DNA of 64,000 nt from an uncultured Alphaproteobacteria bacterium (GTDB taxonomy: Bacteria; Pseudomonadota; Alphaproteobacteria; HIMB59; GCA-002718135): assembly GCA_902628835.1 (NCBI GenBank), contig CACOPD010000001.1, positions 297,347 to 361,346 on the forward strand. The letters are read 5' to 3'. Positions within the stretch are counted from its first letter, which is position 1, and every line of letters begins with the position of its first letter. Below the pieces are notes generated by a model that saw only the letters and a program-made list of their open reading frames with translations, was not told the origin of the DNA and did no database searches. Shown piece by piece: positions 1-10,080 of this stretch. A program made the translations under genes and the position numbers.

Positions 1-237
1 TGCTTCTTCTAAAAGTTTGGCGTGAGAAGGTTTTAATGAAAAGCTATGGGGGGAAGTACTTCCTTCAATTATAAGTGCTGGCTCACCTACACCATCCATT
101 ACATTTGAAATAAGTGAATGAAGTGGTTTAATTGTAGTAACAACTTTTAATTCCGCTCTTACAGCTGAAGTTGCAACTAAAATTGACGAAAAGAAAAATA
201 CTTTCAAAAGCATCAAAAAAAAGTTGTTTTGTCTCAT
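1..237 (-). CDS. znuA: zinc ABC transporter periplasmic substrate-binding protein ZnuA, N-terminal part (gene continues beyond the left edge)
   Basis: Own reverse-complement translation from the ATG at 237: MRQNNFFLMLLKVFFFSSILVATSAVRAELKVVTTIKPLHSLISNVMDGVGEPALIIEGSTSPHSFSLKPSHAKLLEEA. It has a signal peptide followed by a TroA/ZnuA-type N-terminal lobe. It is divergent from znuCB-zur across a Zur-box palindrome. Confidence 0.8.
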   Translation of the reverse strand, partial: MRQNNFFLMLLKVFFFSSILVATSAVRAELKVVTTIKPLHSLISNVMDGVGEPALIIEGSTSPHSFSLKPSHAKLLEEA

Positions 238-278
238 AAAAAATGTTCCTATTAATAATTAAGTCTGTTAATGAACGT

Positions 279-297
279 AATGTTATAATATAACATT
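279..297. promoter_or_regulatory. Zur-box-like operator, perfect 9-1-9 inverted repeat AATGTTATA-A-TATAACATT
   Basis: Read directly from the sequence. It lies in the 79-nt divergent spacer between znuA (ATG 237, minus) and znuC (ATG 317, plus). A Fur-family gene is encoded in the same operon. Confidence 0.7.
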
Positions 298-316
298 TAA
301 AATTGTAAATATAAAA

Positions 317-1060
317 ATGAATGAAAATAATAATTTATTGGTAAGATTGAAAAATTGTGGTGTCCAGAAATCTTCAAAATGGATTGTAAAAGGTATCTCT
401 CTTGAAATTTATAAAGGTAAAATTGTAACCTTGATTGGCCCAAATGGCTCAGGAAAAACAACTACCGCTAAAATGGTACTTAATATTCTACAATCAGATG
501 AAGGTTCAATTGAAAACTATTCAACAAAAATGGCGTATGTTCCACAAAAAATTAGTATTGATTGGACTATGCCTCTTCGAGTTATAGATTTTATGAATCT
601 AACTAGTCATATTAATAAAGATGAAATTATTGAAGCTTTAGAATTAACAGGGGTTCAGCATTTAATATACAAAGAGATTCATAACTTATCTGGTGGAGAA
701 TTTCAGAGAGTTTTAATAGCAAGAGCTATAGCTAAAAAACCAGATCTACTTGTTTTAGACGAACCTGTTCAGGGAGTAGATTTTAATGGAGAGATCGCTC
801 TATACAATCTTATAAAAGAAATTTGTACCAAGTTAAATTGTGGCATCCTTCTTATATCTCATGATCTCCATTTTGTAATGTCTGCCACAGATCATGTAAT
901 TTGTTTAAATGGTCACATTTGTTGTTCTGGGTCACCTAAATCAATAGTAAAAAATTCTTCCTACATAGAATTATTTGGAGAACATAATGCTGCTACCCTA
1001 TCCCTCTATCAACATGAGCATGATCATTCACATCAGGCAGATGGGAGTATTAAAAATTAA
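317..1060 (+). CDS. znuC: zinc ABC transporter ATP-binding protein ZnuC
   Basis: Walker A GPNGSGKTT, signature LSGGEFQRV, Walker B LLVLDEP, His-rich tail HEHDHSH. Followed by an ABC-3 permease and a Fur-family regulator. Confidence 0.9.
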   Translation: MNENNNLLVRLKNCGVQKSSKWIVKGISLEIYKGKIVTLIGPNGSGKTTTAKMVLNILQSDEGSIENYSTKMAYVPQKISIDWTMPLRVIDFMNLTSHINKDEIIEALELTGVQHLIYKEIHNLSGGEFQRVLIARAIAKKPDLLVLDEPVQGVDFNGEIALYNLIKEICTKLNCGILLISHDLHFVMSATDHVICLNGHICCSGSPKSIVKNSSYIELFGEHNAATLSLYQHEHDHSHQADGSIKN

Positions 1061-1866
1061 TGTTTGATGATTTTTTTATTCGCGCACTTATTGCAGGGGT
1101 TGGTATAGCTATTGTTGCTGGACCACTTGGATGCTTAGTTATTTGGAGGAGGTTATCATATTTTGGTGACACCTTATCTCACTCAGCTCTTTTAGGAGTA
1201 ACATTAGCATACTCATTTAGTTTAAATATCGCTTTTTCTGTTTTTATAATATCAACTGTTGTTGCTTTACTTCTCGTAAGCTTACAAAAAAGAACAAAAC
1301 TAGCTGGTGATTCTTTACTTGGACTTCTTGCTCACTCTACACTTGCTATTGGTTTAGTGTTGATTGGTTTTTTATCTTACATCCGATTTGATCTTATGGG
1401 ATTATTGTTTGGAGATATTCTTGCAGTGACAACTGCTGATATTGGTTTAGTTTGGATAGGTGGAAGCCTAATTTTAATTGTCTTATATTTTATTTGGAAA
1501 TCTTTATTTTCAGCAACTGTAAATTATGATTTGTCAGCTGCTGAAGGAATGCGACCGGAAGTATCTAATTTTATATTTACACTCTTATTGGCAGGAGTAA
1601 TTGCCTTATCTATTAAGATGATTGGAGCATTATTAATTACAGGTTTACTTTTAATTCCTGCAGCAATTGCCAGAAACATTAGTAGCAGTCCAAAACAAAT
1701 GATTGTTATCGCAATTTTATCAGGTATTTTATCGGTAGTAATCGGATTATTTGCTTCTTTAGAGATTAATACTTCTTCAGGTCCTTCAATAATAGTGGTT
1801 GCTTTAATACTTTTCATTATTTCATTAGTTCCTCTTGAGATAAAGGGTCAGTTGCAAAAACGATAA
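1060..1866 (+). CDS. znuB: zinc ABC transporter permease ZnuB (ABC-3 family)
   Basis: 268-aa polytopic membrane protein. Its start overlaps the znuC stop by 1 nt (TAATG). Size and hydrophobic pattern fit ZnuB/ABC-3 permeases. Confidence 0.9.
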   Translation: MFDDFFIRALIAGVGIAIVAGPLGCLVIWRRLSYFGDTLSHSALLGVTLAYSFSLNIAFSVFIISTVVALLLVSLQKRTKLAGDSLLGLLAHSTLAIGLVLIGFLSYIRFDLMGLLFGDILAVTTADIGLVWIGGSLILIVLYFIWKSLFSATVNYDLSAAEGMRPEVSNFIFTLLLAGVIALSIKMIGALLITGLLLIPAAIARNISSSPKQMIVIAILSGILSVVIGLFASLEINTSSGPSIIVVALILFIISLVPLEIKGQLQKR

Positions 1867-1885
1867 CAATTTGGTAATTTAGAAT

Positions 1886-2290
1886 ATGTCTTTAGAAACT
1901 TTAAACTTAACTAAAAATCAACAAACAGTTCTTGATATTTTAGAAAGTGCATCAGAACCTCTTAAAGCATATACAATCCTTTTTGATATTCAAAAAAAAG
2001 GCATTAAATCTCCTCTTCAAGTTTATAGAGCTTTAGATAAGCTTATTGAAATTGGCAAAGTGCATAAAATAGAAAGCAGAAATTCATATATTGCTTGTAA
2101 GCATGAAGGCTGTAATGCAAAAACTTCTACATCTTTTTTGATATGTGAAAACTGTGATAGTGTTACTGAGCTAACTGCAAATAATTTGTTTTCTTATTTT
2201 TCAAAACAAGCAGAAAAGAATAACTTCAATTATAAAAAACATAATTTAGAAATATTTGGTTTGTGCGCAAATTGTAAACTAAAAAACTAA
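1886..2290 (+). CDS. zur: Fur-family zinc uptake regulator (Zur)
   Basis: 134 aa. N-terminal winged-helix-like segment, then two CxxC pairs (CENC and CANC) typical of the Fur-family structural Zn site. Last gene of the znuCB operon. Confidence 0.8.
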   Translation: MSLETLNLTKNQQTVLDILESASEPLKAYTILFDIQKKGIKSPLQVYRALDKLIEIGKVHKIESRNSYIACKHEGCNAKTSTSFLICENCDSVTELTANNLFSYFSKQAEKNNFNYKKHNLEIFGLCANCKLKN

Positions 2291-3081
2291 TTTATTAAAT
2301 TATCAATCTTATTGAGACATTTATTTAATCCAAGATCGTATTTTGTTCGTATGAAATGCTCTTTTACTATTTCAACCCATTTAAATTTTTGTAACGTTTG
2401 ATGAGATATGTAAAAACAATTTAATGGAAAAGACATATTAAACATTTTTAATATTTCTTGCCTTATTACATCGTTGGTCAACACTGCCAAAGATTCGTGA
2501 ATATATTTTTCTACAATTTTTTGATCACTTAAAGATGTTTTAGGTAAATTAAATAAACCTCTAAATCTAAAGTATCGATAGATTCTTAAGTAATCTTCTT
2601 TTATTCTATCCTCTATTTCACCAATAAAACAAATTTTACTTTCATTTAAATCTGATTGGCCATTGTAATAATCATGTAGTTTATTATTGTTTCCAACATA
2701 TAAAGCATTGAAAGTAAAATCTCTTCTGGCTGAATCTTTTTTCCAGCTGTTGGTGTAAATTACATTTGTATGTCTTCCCATTTGATTAACATCTTCACGT
2801 AAAGTTGTAATTTGTATTTTTCGATTATGAGGATAAGCAACTATGGATCCATATTGAATAGCAAAATCATCATATTCAATATTGTTATCTTTTAGTAACA
2901 ACAAAACATCCTGAGGCTCCAAAGTTGTCGCTGTATCAATATCTTTGATTTCTCTTTCAAGAAGAGCATCTCGTATACACCCTCCTACTAATCGGATTTC
3001 AATATTTTTTTCTTCAAAGATGGATATTAAAAACTTTACGTGCTCCAGATTCAATAAATTCGTAATTTTATTTATTTCCAT
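2287..3081 (-). CDS. class II nucleotidyltransferase (CCA-adding enzyme / poly(A) polymerase family), unusually short at 264 aa
   Basis: Head and neck motifs are present: VGGCIRDALL...DIDTAT, RRDFTFNALY, EDYLRIYRYFRF. The stop codon overlaps the zur stop, so there is no room for a longer C-terminus. Confidence 0.7.
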   Translation of the reverse strand: MEINKITNLLNLEHVKFLISIFEEKNIEIRLVGGCIRDALLEREIKDIDTATTLEPQDVLLLLKDNNIEYDDFAIQYGSIVAYPHNRKIQITTLREDVNQMGRHTNVIYTNSWKKDSARRDFTFNALYVGNNNKLHDYYNGQSDLNESKICFIGEIEDRIKEDYLRIYRYFRFRGLFNLPKTSLSDQKIVEKYIHESLAVLTNDVIRQEILKMFNMSFPLNCFYISHQTLQKFKWVEIVKEHFIRTKYDLGLNKCLNKIDNLIN

Positions 3082-3122
3082 TATCTAGCTATTTCTTCAA
3101 AACAATTTATATTACAATAACA

Positions 3123-3731
3123 ATGTCGACTTCTTCAAAAGAAAATGCTCCAGAAATATTTGAGGATATAAAGACAAATTTAACTAGAGGAGTTAAAGAT
3201 AGAAAACACACATTTCATACGCCGGTCTTTAGTAATATTGATGGTGAAGGTGGAATAGATTCCAGAGTTGTAGTCTTAAGAAAATTTGATCCCAGTAGCA
3301 TGACACTAAATTTTCACACAGACTTTAGATCTCCAAAAGTGCCAAATTTAAAAAAAAATAATAGTTCTCAGTTTGTTTTTTATGATCATAAATTAAAAAT
3401 TCAAATGCGAATTAAAACAACGTCTTTTGTAAATAATCAAAATGATAAAGCAAAAGAAATGTGGGACAAAACAAGATTGTTTAGTAGAAAATGTTACTTA
3501 ACATTGAAAGATCCAAGTTCAGTCACTGAGTTTCCAGAAGATGGTATTCCTGAACACCTAACTGGAAAGGAACCAAGTCATGAAGAAAGTGAAAAAGGAT
3601 ATAAAAATTTTACAGTAGTTGAGAATAAAATTAATGAAATTGATTGGCTTTATCTAGAAATTTCAGGTCATCGTAGATTAAAATTAACATTCAAAAATAA
3701 TGAACCAGAATATAATTGGTTAATACCTTAA
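3123..3731 (+). CDS. pyridoxamine 5'-phosphate oxidase-like FMN-binding family protein (tentative)
   Basis: 202 aa. The N-terminal FHTPVFSNIDGEGGIDSRVVVLRKFD pattern resembles PNPOx-like split-barrel proteins. This is a family-level guess only. Confidence 0.5.
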   Translation: MSTSSKENAPEIFEDIKTNLTRGVKDRKHTFHTPVFSNIDGEGGIDSRVVVLRKFDPSSMTLNFHTDFRSPKVPNLKKNNSSQFVFYDHKLKIQMRIKTTSFVNNQNDKAKEMWDKTRLFSRKCYLTLKDPSSVTEFPEDGIPEHLTGKEPSHEESEKGYKNFTVVENKINEIDWLYLEISGHRRLKLTFKNNEPEYNWLIP

Positions 3732-4558
3732 TATAACTTAAAATTGTCAATTATTCTTATATCACCGATATATAAAGCAATAAATAATCTAGCTTCAGAA
3801 TAATTTTTTGTTATTTCTAAATTATTTTCATTTCTTATCTCTAAATAGTCAATTTTATTAATATTATTTTGAAGAAGCTCTATTTTTAATTGATCTAAAT
3901 TATTAATTTCATTTTGTGTTAAAAGATTAATATGTTCTTTAATTTTATTTCCTAATATATTGAAAATTTTTAATTGATCATTAGAAAATTTAGAGTTCCT
4001 TGAAGATAAACTCATACCTGTTTTATCTCGTACAGATGGACATTGAATTATTTTAATATTGTGGTGATTAATTTTTACTAAATCTTGTATTATTTTTACT
4101 TGCTGAAAATCCTTCTCGCCAAAATAACTGTTCGTTGGTTTAATCATATTAAAAAAAAGATCCACAACAGTAGTAACTCCATCAAAATGGCCTGGTCGAA
4201 ATTTATCGCATAAAATATTTCTAAAATTGTTTACGATATTTTTCTTTGCCAATCCTTTTGGGTATATCTCTTGAACTTCAGGTAAGAAGAGTAAATTACA
4301 ACCAATATTTTCTAATTTAGAAATATCATCATCAATTGTCTTTGGATAAGAATTGAAATCATTTTCATTATTAAATTGAGTAGGATTAATAAATATTGAA
4401 CAGATCACAAATTCGTTATGTAATTGTGCTTCCCTAATAAGAGATAAATGTCCATCGTGTAAGTTTCCCATTGTTAAAACTAAACCAATAGACTGGCCTT
4501 TGTCTTTGATTGAAACTAAATTTGGCTCTAATTCATTAGCTTTTCTGCAAATTTTCAT
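3728..4558 (-). CDS. panC: pantoate--beta-alanine ligase
   Basis: 276 aa with the HIGH-like motif TMGNLHDGHLSLI characteristic of PanC. Confidence 0.9.
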   Translation of the reverse strand: MKICRKANELEPNLVSIKDKGQSIGLVLTMGNLHDGHLSLIREAQLHNEFVICSIFINPTQFNNENDFNSYPKTIDDDISKLENIGCNLLFLPEVQEIYPKGLAKKNIVNNFRNILCDKFRPGHFDGVTTVVDLFFNMIKPTNSYFGEKDFQQVKIIQDLVKINHHNIKIIQCPSVRDKTGMSLSSRNSKFSNDQLKIFNILGNKIKEHINLLTQNEINNLDQLKIELLQNNINKIDYLEIRNENNLEITKNYSEARLFIALYIGDIRIIDNFKLY

Positions 4559-4621
4559 CGATTACATAAGTAAATATTTGACTTATATATAATGAATTCG
4601 TATTAGGCCCAGATATTTATT

Positions 4622-4756
4622 ATGAAACGCACTTACCAACCTAGTAGAGTAATTAGAAAAAGAAGACACGGTTTTAGGGCTAGAATGGCAACTAAAGCAG
4701 GTCGTCAAATCATTAATAGAAGACGTGCAAAAGGAAGAGCTCAATTAAGCGCTTAA
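4622..4756 (+). CDS. rpmH: 50S ribosomal protein L34 (not in the ORF track)
   Basis: Own translation: [44 protein letters not shown] (44 aa), a canonical L34 sequence. Directly upstream of rnpA. Confidence 0.95.
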   Translation: MKRTYQPSRVIRKRRHGFRARMATKAGRQIINRRRAKGRAQLSA

Positions 4757-4765
4757 ATAGGCCAA

Positions 4766-5095
4766 ATGGCCCATAAATTATTTACAATTAAGAAGAGATC
4801 AACTTTCGTTATGATACGAAACCAGGGAGAATTTATAAAAGGTAAGAATATAAATATCCAAATTTTATACAATCAAGATCTAGAAAATTCTATAGGTGTA
4901 GGATACACAGCTTCAAAAAAAATTGGCAACGCAGTAAAAAGAAATAGAGCAAAGAGAATAATGAGAGAATTAGCTAGAAAAATTATTATTAATGGTAAAA
5001 TTAATTCATATTATGTGTTAATAGCTAAAAGTTCATTGCTCGAAGAGAAATTTGATAAACTTTTATTAGAACTTAAGGGAAAGATAAATGGTTAG
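4766..5095 (+). CDS. rnpA: ribonuclease P protein component
   Basis: 109 aa, basic, with the RNR motif [14 protein letters not shown]. Sits in the conserved position rpmH-rnpA-yidD-yidC. Confidence 0.85.
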   Translation: MAHKLFTIKKRSTFVMIRNQGEFIKGKNINIQILYNQDLENSIGVGYTASKKIGNAVKRNRAKRIMRELARKIIINGKINSYYVLIAKSSLLEEKFDKLLLELKGKING

Positions 5096-5333
5096 TAAAT
5101 ATATTTCATTACCTTTAATCATAATAATTAGATTATACCAGTTATTGATTTCCCCAATACTTGGCCAGAATTGTCGGTATTTACCAACCTGTTCTGAGTA
5201 TTCTATTAAAGCATTAAAGGAACATGGGTTATTTAGAGGATCAATTTTATCGGTGAAAAGAATTTCAAAATGTCATCCTTGGGGTTCACACGGATTTGAC
5301 CCAGTACCAAAAAAATCAGAGTTAAATAAATGA
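5088..5333 (+). CDS. yidD: membrane protein insertion efficiency factor YidD
   Basis: 81 aa with the [10 protein letters not shown] motif. Lies between rnpA and yidC. Confidence 0.9.
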   Translation: MVSKYISLPLIIIIRLYQLLISPILGQNCRYLPTCSEYSIKALKEHGLFRGSILSVKRISKCHPWGSHGFDPVPKKSELNK

Positions 5334-7057
5334 ACGAACAAAGAAATTTATATTTGGCTATTGGTATTTCAATTGCGATAATTATTTTTTTTCAATTATT
5401 ATTTCCAACTCAACCAATTCAAACAACATCCTTTGAAGAAGATGAAGTATTAGAGCCTGCAACATCCATTGATGGACAAAGCAGCCAAGTAGTTTCAGAA
5501 ATACAAAGTAGAGATGAAGCTTTAATTCAAACCGACAGAGTTATTTTTGAAAATGCATCTATTAAAGGTTCTATAAATCTAAAAGGAGCAATTTTAGATG
5601 ATCTCGTATTATCAAAATATAAAACTAGCTTAGAACCTGATTCGAATAATATCCAGCTTTTGTTACCAGATGGGACTGCTAATCCATATTATATTGAAAC
5701 AGGTTGGAAAGAGCTAAAAAATTCTAGCATTGAATTACCTAATTTAGAAACAAATTGGAAAACTAACTCTACCACTCTAAGCCCATCAAGCCCTGTTACA
5801 CTTAGTTGGACGAATAATAAAAACATAACTTTCAAAATCAACTATCAAGTTGATGATGAGTATATGTTTACAATTACACAAGAAATAGAAAACAACAGTG
5901 GTGAAGATATTGAAGTTTTTCCATACAGATTAATCAAAAGAATAAACACACCAGATACAATTAATTTTTTTATACTTCACGAGGGTTTAATTAGTCTAAT
6001 AAACGACGAATTATTGGAAAAAAATTATGATGATATTGCCGATGATTGTAATTCATCCATGCAAACAAAAAAAGAGTTTTGCGATAATAAAACACAAGGA
6101 GGTTGGTTAGGTTTTACAGACAAATATTGGATGTCTGCTTTAATTCCTGATGCTGACCAATCCATTAACGTCAATTATAGATACGGTAATAATGGACGTG
6201 ATAGCTATAGGGCAGGTTATGTTGGTCAGATATATAAAATTAACTCAGGTGAAAATATATCTTACGGCGGAAAATTATTTGTGGGTGCAAAAAAATTAAA
6301 TGTCTTAAGTGCTTATGACGAAAATCTCTCTATACCAAGATTTACTGATGCAATTGACTGGGGTTGGTTTAGTTTTTTAACTAAACCTGTTTCATATGCC
6401 ATTAATTGGTTTTTTGGTTATGCTGGTAATTTTGGTCTAGCAATAATTGCCTTTACTATTTTAATGCGTTTAATTTTATTTCCGCTAGCGCAGGCATCTT
6501 TTAAATCTATGGCGAAAATGAAAAAACTGCAGCCTGATATGCAAAGATTAAAAGAAACCTATCCAAATGACAGACAAAAAATGCAGCAAGAACTAATGGC
6601 CTTGTATAAAAGAGAGGGGGCTAATCCTGTTGCGGGTTGTCTACCAATTTTAGTACAAATACCAATTTTCTTCTCTTTGTATAAAGTGTTGTTTGTTACT
6701 ATAGAGATGTATCACGCTCCCTTTTACGGATGGATTCATGATCTATCTGCACCAGACCCGTTAGGCTTAATGACAATATTTGGATTAGTTCCTTGGGATG
6801 TGCCTCCTATACTGTCAATAATTGATATTGGTATTCTTCCTATCATTATGGGTTTCACTATGTGGTTACAACAAAAACTAAATCCTGCTCCCGCTGATCC
6901 AACACAGGCTAGAATTTTTGCATTACTTCCATTTGTATTTACTTTTGTACTAGCTGGTTTTGCAGCTGGTTTAGTTTTATATTGGTCAGTGAACAATATT
7001 TTATCAATTGCGCAGCAATGGTATATTCAAAGAAGAATTTTAGCCAAAAATGGCTAG
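5330..7057 (+). CDS. yidC: membrane protein insertase YidC
   Basis: 575 aa. N-terminal TM segment, large periplasmic domain, and a C-terminal 60-kDa insertase core ([16 protein letters not shown]). Confidence 0.95.
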   Translation: MNEQRNLYLAIGISIAIIIFFQLLFPTQPIQTTSFEEDEVLEPATSIDGQSSQVVSEIQSRDEALIQTDRVIFENASIKGSINLKGAILDDLVLSKYKTSLEPDSNNIQLLLPDGTANPYYIETGWKELKNSSIELPNLETNWKTNSTTLSPSSPVTLSWTNNKNITFKINYQVDDEYMFTITQEIENNSGEDIEVFPYRLIKRINTPDTINFFILHEGLISLINDELLEKNYDDIADDCNSSMQTKKEFCDNKTQGGWLGFTDKYWMSALIPDADQSINVNYRYGNNGRDSYRAGYVGQIYKINSGENISYGGKLFVGAKKLNVLSAYDENLSIPRFTDAIDWGWFSFLTKPVSYAINWFFGYAGNFGLAIIAFTILMRLILFPLAQASFKSMAKMKKLQPDMQRLKETYPNDRQKMQQELMALYKREGANPVAGCLPILVQIPIFFSLYKVLFVTIEMYHAPFYGWIHDLSAPDPLGLMTIFGLVPWDVPPILSIIDIGILPIIMGFTMWLQQKLNPAPADPTQARIFALLPFVFTFVLAGFAAGLVLYWSVNNILSIAQQWYIQRRILAKNG

Positions 7058-7670
7058 CTTAAATAAAAATTTAAATAACTTTTTTAATAATAATAAGTTT
7101 TTAGGTTCCTTTCAGTCATTTAAAGACATTCCATATTCAGATATAAAAAAAGAATGTTGTTTTATAGGCAGATCTAATGTTGGAAAATCTAGTTTAATAA
7201 ATTCATTAACTAAAACAAAAAAACTAGCCAAAACCAGTAAAACTCCAGGAAGAACTCAAGCTATAAATGTTTTTTTAATTAGTGAAAAAATAAATATGAT
7301 TGATTTGCCCGGTTATGGTTTTGCCAAAGTATCAAAAGTTGCTCGAGAAAACTTAATGACCTTGATTGAAGAATATATAGAAAATAGAGATACACTTGAT
7401 CATGTTTATTTACTCATTGACTCAAAAGTTGGTATCAAAAATTCTGATATAGATATGTTGGATTTATTGAGTGATTGTTCAAGAAAATTTTCAATAATTT
7501 TAACTAAAATAGATAAAATATCTAACAACTATTTAGAATATCAAAAAAAATCAATTTTAAGTTTAATGCAAAATTATAAAAAATCATTTACGAAAATATA
7601 TCAATCTGAGACCAAAAAAAATAATGGTATTACAGAGATTCAAAGATCTATATACGGGTTGTCACAATAA
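7050..7670 (+). CDS. engB: ribosome biogenesis GTP-binding protein YihA/EngB
   Basis: G1 GRSNVGKSSLINSL, G3 DLPGYGFA, G4 TKIDK. 206 aa. Confidence 0.85.
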   Translation: MASLNKNLNNFFNNNKFLGSFQSFKDIPYSDIKKECCFIGRSNVGKSSLINSLTKTKKLAKTSKTPGRTQAINVFLISEKINMIDLPGYGFAKVSKVARENLMTLIEEYIENRDTLDHVYLLIDSKVGIKNSDIDMLDLLSDCSRKFSIILTKIDKISNNYLEYQKKSILSLMQNYKKSFTKIYQSETKKNNGITEIQRSIYGLSQ

Positions 7671-7672
7671 AT

Positions 7673-8584
7673 ATGAAATTTGATTTTTTATCAGAGAGTG
7701 ATCAGGCTTATTTTATACATAAAGCCTCAACCTTAGTTGAAGCTCTTCCATACATTCGAGAACATAGTGGTGATACCATTGTAATAAAATACGGTGGACA
7801 TGCGATGGGAGATAAAAAACTATCAGAGAGTTTTTCCAGAGATATTGGATTATTAAAAGAAGTTGGTGTTTCACCAATTATTATTCATGGTGGAGGACCT
7901 CAAATTGGTGAGAGACTTAAATCAAAAAATATATCAACACAATTTGTTGAAGGGTTACGAGTTACTGATAAAGAAACAATTAAGGTAGTTGAGGAAGTTT
8001 TATCTAAAGATATCAATTCAGAAATAGTAGAATCTATATGTGCTTCTGGAGGAAAAGCGATAGGAGTATCTGGTAATGATAACTTAATTAATGCAACTAA
8101 ATTGAGCCTTGAAATTAAAGATAGTGATTCAAATATTGAAAAAATAGTTGATATTGGTTTTGTTGGACAACCAAAAAAATTAAATAAAGATATGCTAACT
8201 AACTTTATAAAAAATGGTCAAATCCCTGTCATATCTCCTTTAGGTAAGGATGAAAATAATTTTACCTACAATATCAATGCCGATACAGTTGCAGGTTTTA
8301 TAGCAGGTGAGTTACAGGCAAGTAAATTATTATTACTAACCGATGTACCTGGAATTTTAGACAAAGATGAAAAATTAATCTCATCAATAACTCTTGAAGA
8401 AGCTAAAAATATTGCAGATGAAGAATATATTTCTGGAGGTATGAAGCCAAAAATTAATACATGTATTGAAGCAATGAAAAAAGGTGTTAAAAAATCTACT
8501 ATTTTAGATGGAAGAATTCCTCATTCAGTAATATTAGAGTTATTCACTGAACATGGAATTGGTACACAAATAACAAGTAATTAA
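7673..8584 (+). CDS. argB: acetylglutamate kinase
   Basis: Amino-acid kinase fold motifs VIKYGGHAM and IIHGGGPQI. 303 aa. Confidence 0.9.
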   Translation: MKFDFLSESDQAYFIHKASTLVEALPYIREHSGDTIVIKYGGHAMGDKKLSESFSRDIGLLKEVGVSPIIIHGGGPQIGERLKSKNISTQFVEGLRVTDKETIKVVEEVLSKDINSEIVESICASGGKAIGVSGNDNLINATKLSLEIKDSDSNIEKIVDIGFVGQPKKLNKDMLTNFIKNGQIPVISPLGKDENNFTYNINADTVAGFIAGELQASKLLLLTDVPGILDKDEKLISSITLEEAKNIADEEYISGGMKPKINTCIEAMKKGVKKSTILDGRIPHSVILELFTEHGIGTQITSN

Positions 8585-9259
8585 ATGAGCTTTAAAGATA
8601 ACATTAATACCTGGATATTTGATCTAGACAACACACTTTACTCTGCAGACAGTGGAATTTTTCAGCAAGTCCATAAATTAATGGGTGAATTCGTAGCTAA
8701 AAATTTAAATATGGAATTAGCTGAAGCAAAAAAACTACAAGCAAAATATTACAAGCAACATGGCACAACTCTAAGAGGTATGATGGATAATCATGGTGTT
8801 GATCCTGATTATTTTTTAGAAGAAGTTCATAAGTTAGATTATTCAATTGTTGGTCCAAATCAAAATCTTAATAATGAATTATACAAACTTGAGGGAAGAA
8901 AAATTATTTATACAAATGCAAATAAGCAACATGTCTTAGATGTATTAGAGAAAATTAATCTAACAAATTTTTTTGACGAAATATATGATATTAAAATGGC
9001 TGATTATATTCCTAAGCCAGAAATTTCTCCTTATGAAAAAATTATCAACTTATTTGATATCGAAGCTAATAAATCAGCAATGTTTGATGATATTGCAAAA
9101 AATTTAGTTCCCGCAAAAAAAGTTGGCTTCACACCTGTCTGGGTTGATGCTGGTTATGAGAATTTTTCAGATGATATTGAAGCATCTAAAAAATATTTAG
9201 ATTTTCAAACAAGAGATTTGAGTTTATTTTTAAAAGATGTAAATGAGGGTAAGATATGA
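8585..9259 (+). CDS. HAD-superfamily hydrolase, pyrimidine 5'-nucleotidase-like
   Basis: HAD motif I at the N-terminus (IFDLDNTLY). 224 aa. The subfamily assignment is tentative. Confidence 0.6.
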   Translation: MSFKDNINTWIFDLDNTLYSADSGIFQQVHKLMGEFVAKNLNMELAEAKKLQAKYYKQHGTTLRGMMDNHGVDPDYFLEEVHKLDYSIVGPNQNLNNELYKLEGRKIIYTNANKQHVLDVLEKINLTNFFDEIYDIKMADYIPKPEISPYEKIINLFDIEANKSAMFDDIAKNLVPAKKVGFTPVWVDAGYENFSDDIEASKKYLDFQTRDLSLFLKDVNEGKI

Positions 9260-10080
9260 GTGATCTTGAAAAAATTATAAATGATGCCTTTGAGGATAGA
9301 AATAATGTTAATGTCAATACTACAGGCGATATTAGAAATGCAGTAGATGAAACTTTGAACAAACTTGATAGTGGCAACTTAAGGGTTTGTGAAAAAATTA
9401 ATAATGAGTGGCAAGTTAATCAATGGATTAAAAAGGCAATTCTTTTAAGTTTCAGATTGAATGATAATGAAATCATTAAAGCATCTCACGCTACTTGGTT
9501 TGACAAAGTAGAGAGTAAAACTGCAAATTGGACCAAAGATAATCATCTGAAAGCAGGATTTCGATATGTGCCAGACGCTGTAGTAAGAAAATCTGCATTT
9601 ATTGCTAAAGGTGTTGTTTTAATGCCTTCTTTTGTAAATCTTGGTGCATATGTTGATGAAGGGACAATGATTGATACTTGGGCAACAGTTGGTTCATGTG
9701 CACAAATTGGTAAAAACTGTCATATTTCTGGAGGCGCTGGTATTGGTGGTGTACTTGAGCCACTTCAAGCAAATCCCGTGATTATTGAAGACAATTGTTT
9801 TATTGGAGCAAGAAGTGAAGTTGCTGAAGGTGTTATTGTGGGCGAAGGTGCAGTTTTATCAATGGGTGTATTTATTGGTGCATCTACAAAAATAGTTGAT
9901 AGATCGACTGGAGAAATTCATATGGGAAAAGTTCCAGCTTATTCAGTTGTTGTACCAGGAACGTTACCAGGAAAGAAAGAGGGGGATATTAATCCTTCTT
10001 TATACTGTGCTGTTATTGTTAAAAGAGTTGATGAACAAACCAGAAGTAAAACATCAATAAATGATCTTTTAAGAGATTAA
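9256..10080 (+). CDS. dapD: 2,3,4,5-tetrahydropyridine-2,6-dicarboxylate N-succinyltransferase
   Basis: 274 aa. Left-handed beta-helix hexapeptide region ([40 protein letters not shown]). Followed by dapE. Confidence 0.9.
   Translation: MSDLEKIINDAFEDRNNVNVNTTGDIRNAVDETLNKLDSGNLRVCEKINNEWQVNQWIKKAILLSFRLNDNEIIKASHATWFDKVESKTANWTKDNHLKAGFRYVPDAVVRKSAFIAKGVVLMPSFVNLGAYVDEGTMIDTWATVGSCAQIGKNCHISGGAGIGGVLEPLQANPVIIEDNCFIGARSEVAEGVIVGEGAVLSMGVFIGASTKIVDRSTGEIHMGKVPAYSVVVPGTLPGKKEGDINPSLYCAVIVKRVDEQTRSKTSINDLLRD

Noticed and set aside
4578-4606. Possible sigma-70 promoter for rpmH (TTGACT, 17-nt spacer, TATTAG).
   Set aside because: The -35 hexamer is good, but the -10 lacks the invariant final T. 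AT-rich spacers offer many pseudo -10 boxes, so it is not reportable as a feature without transcription-start data.
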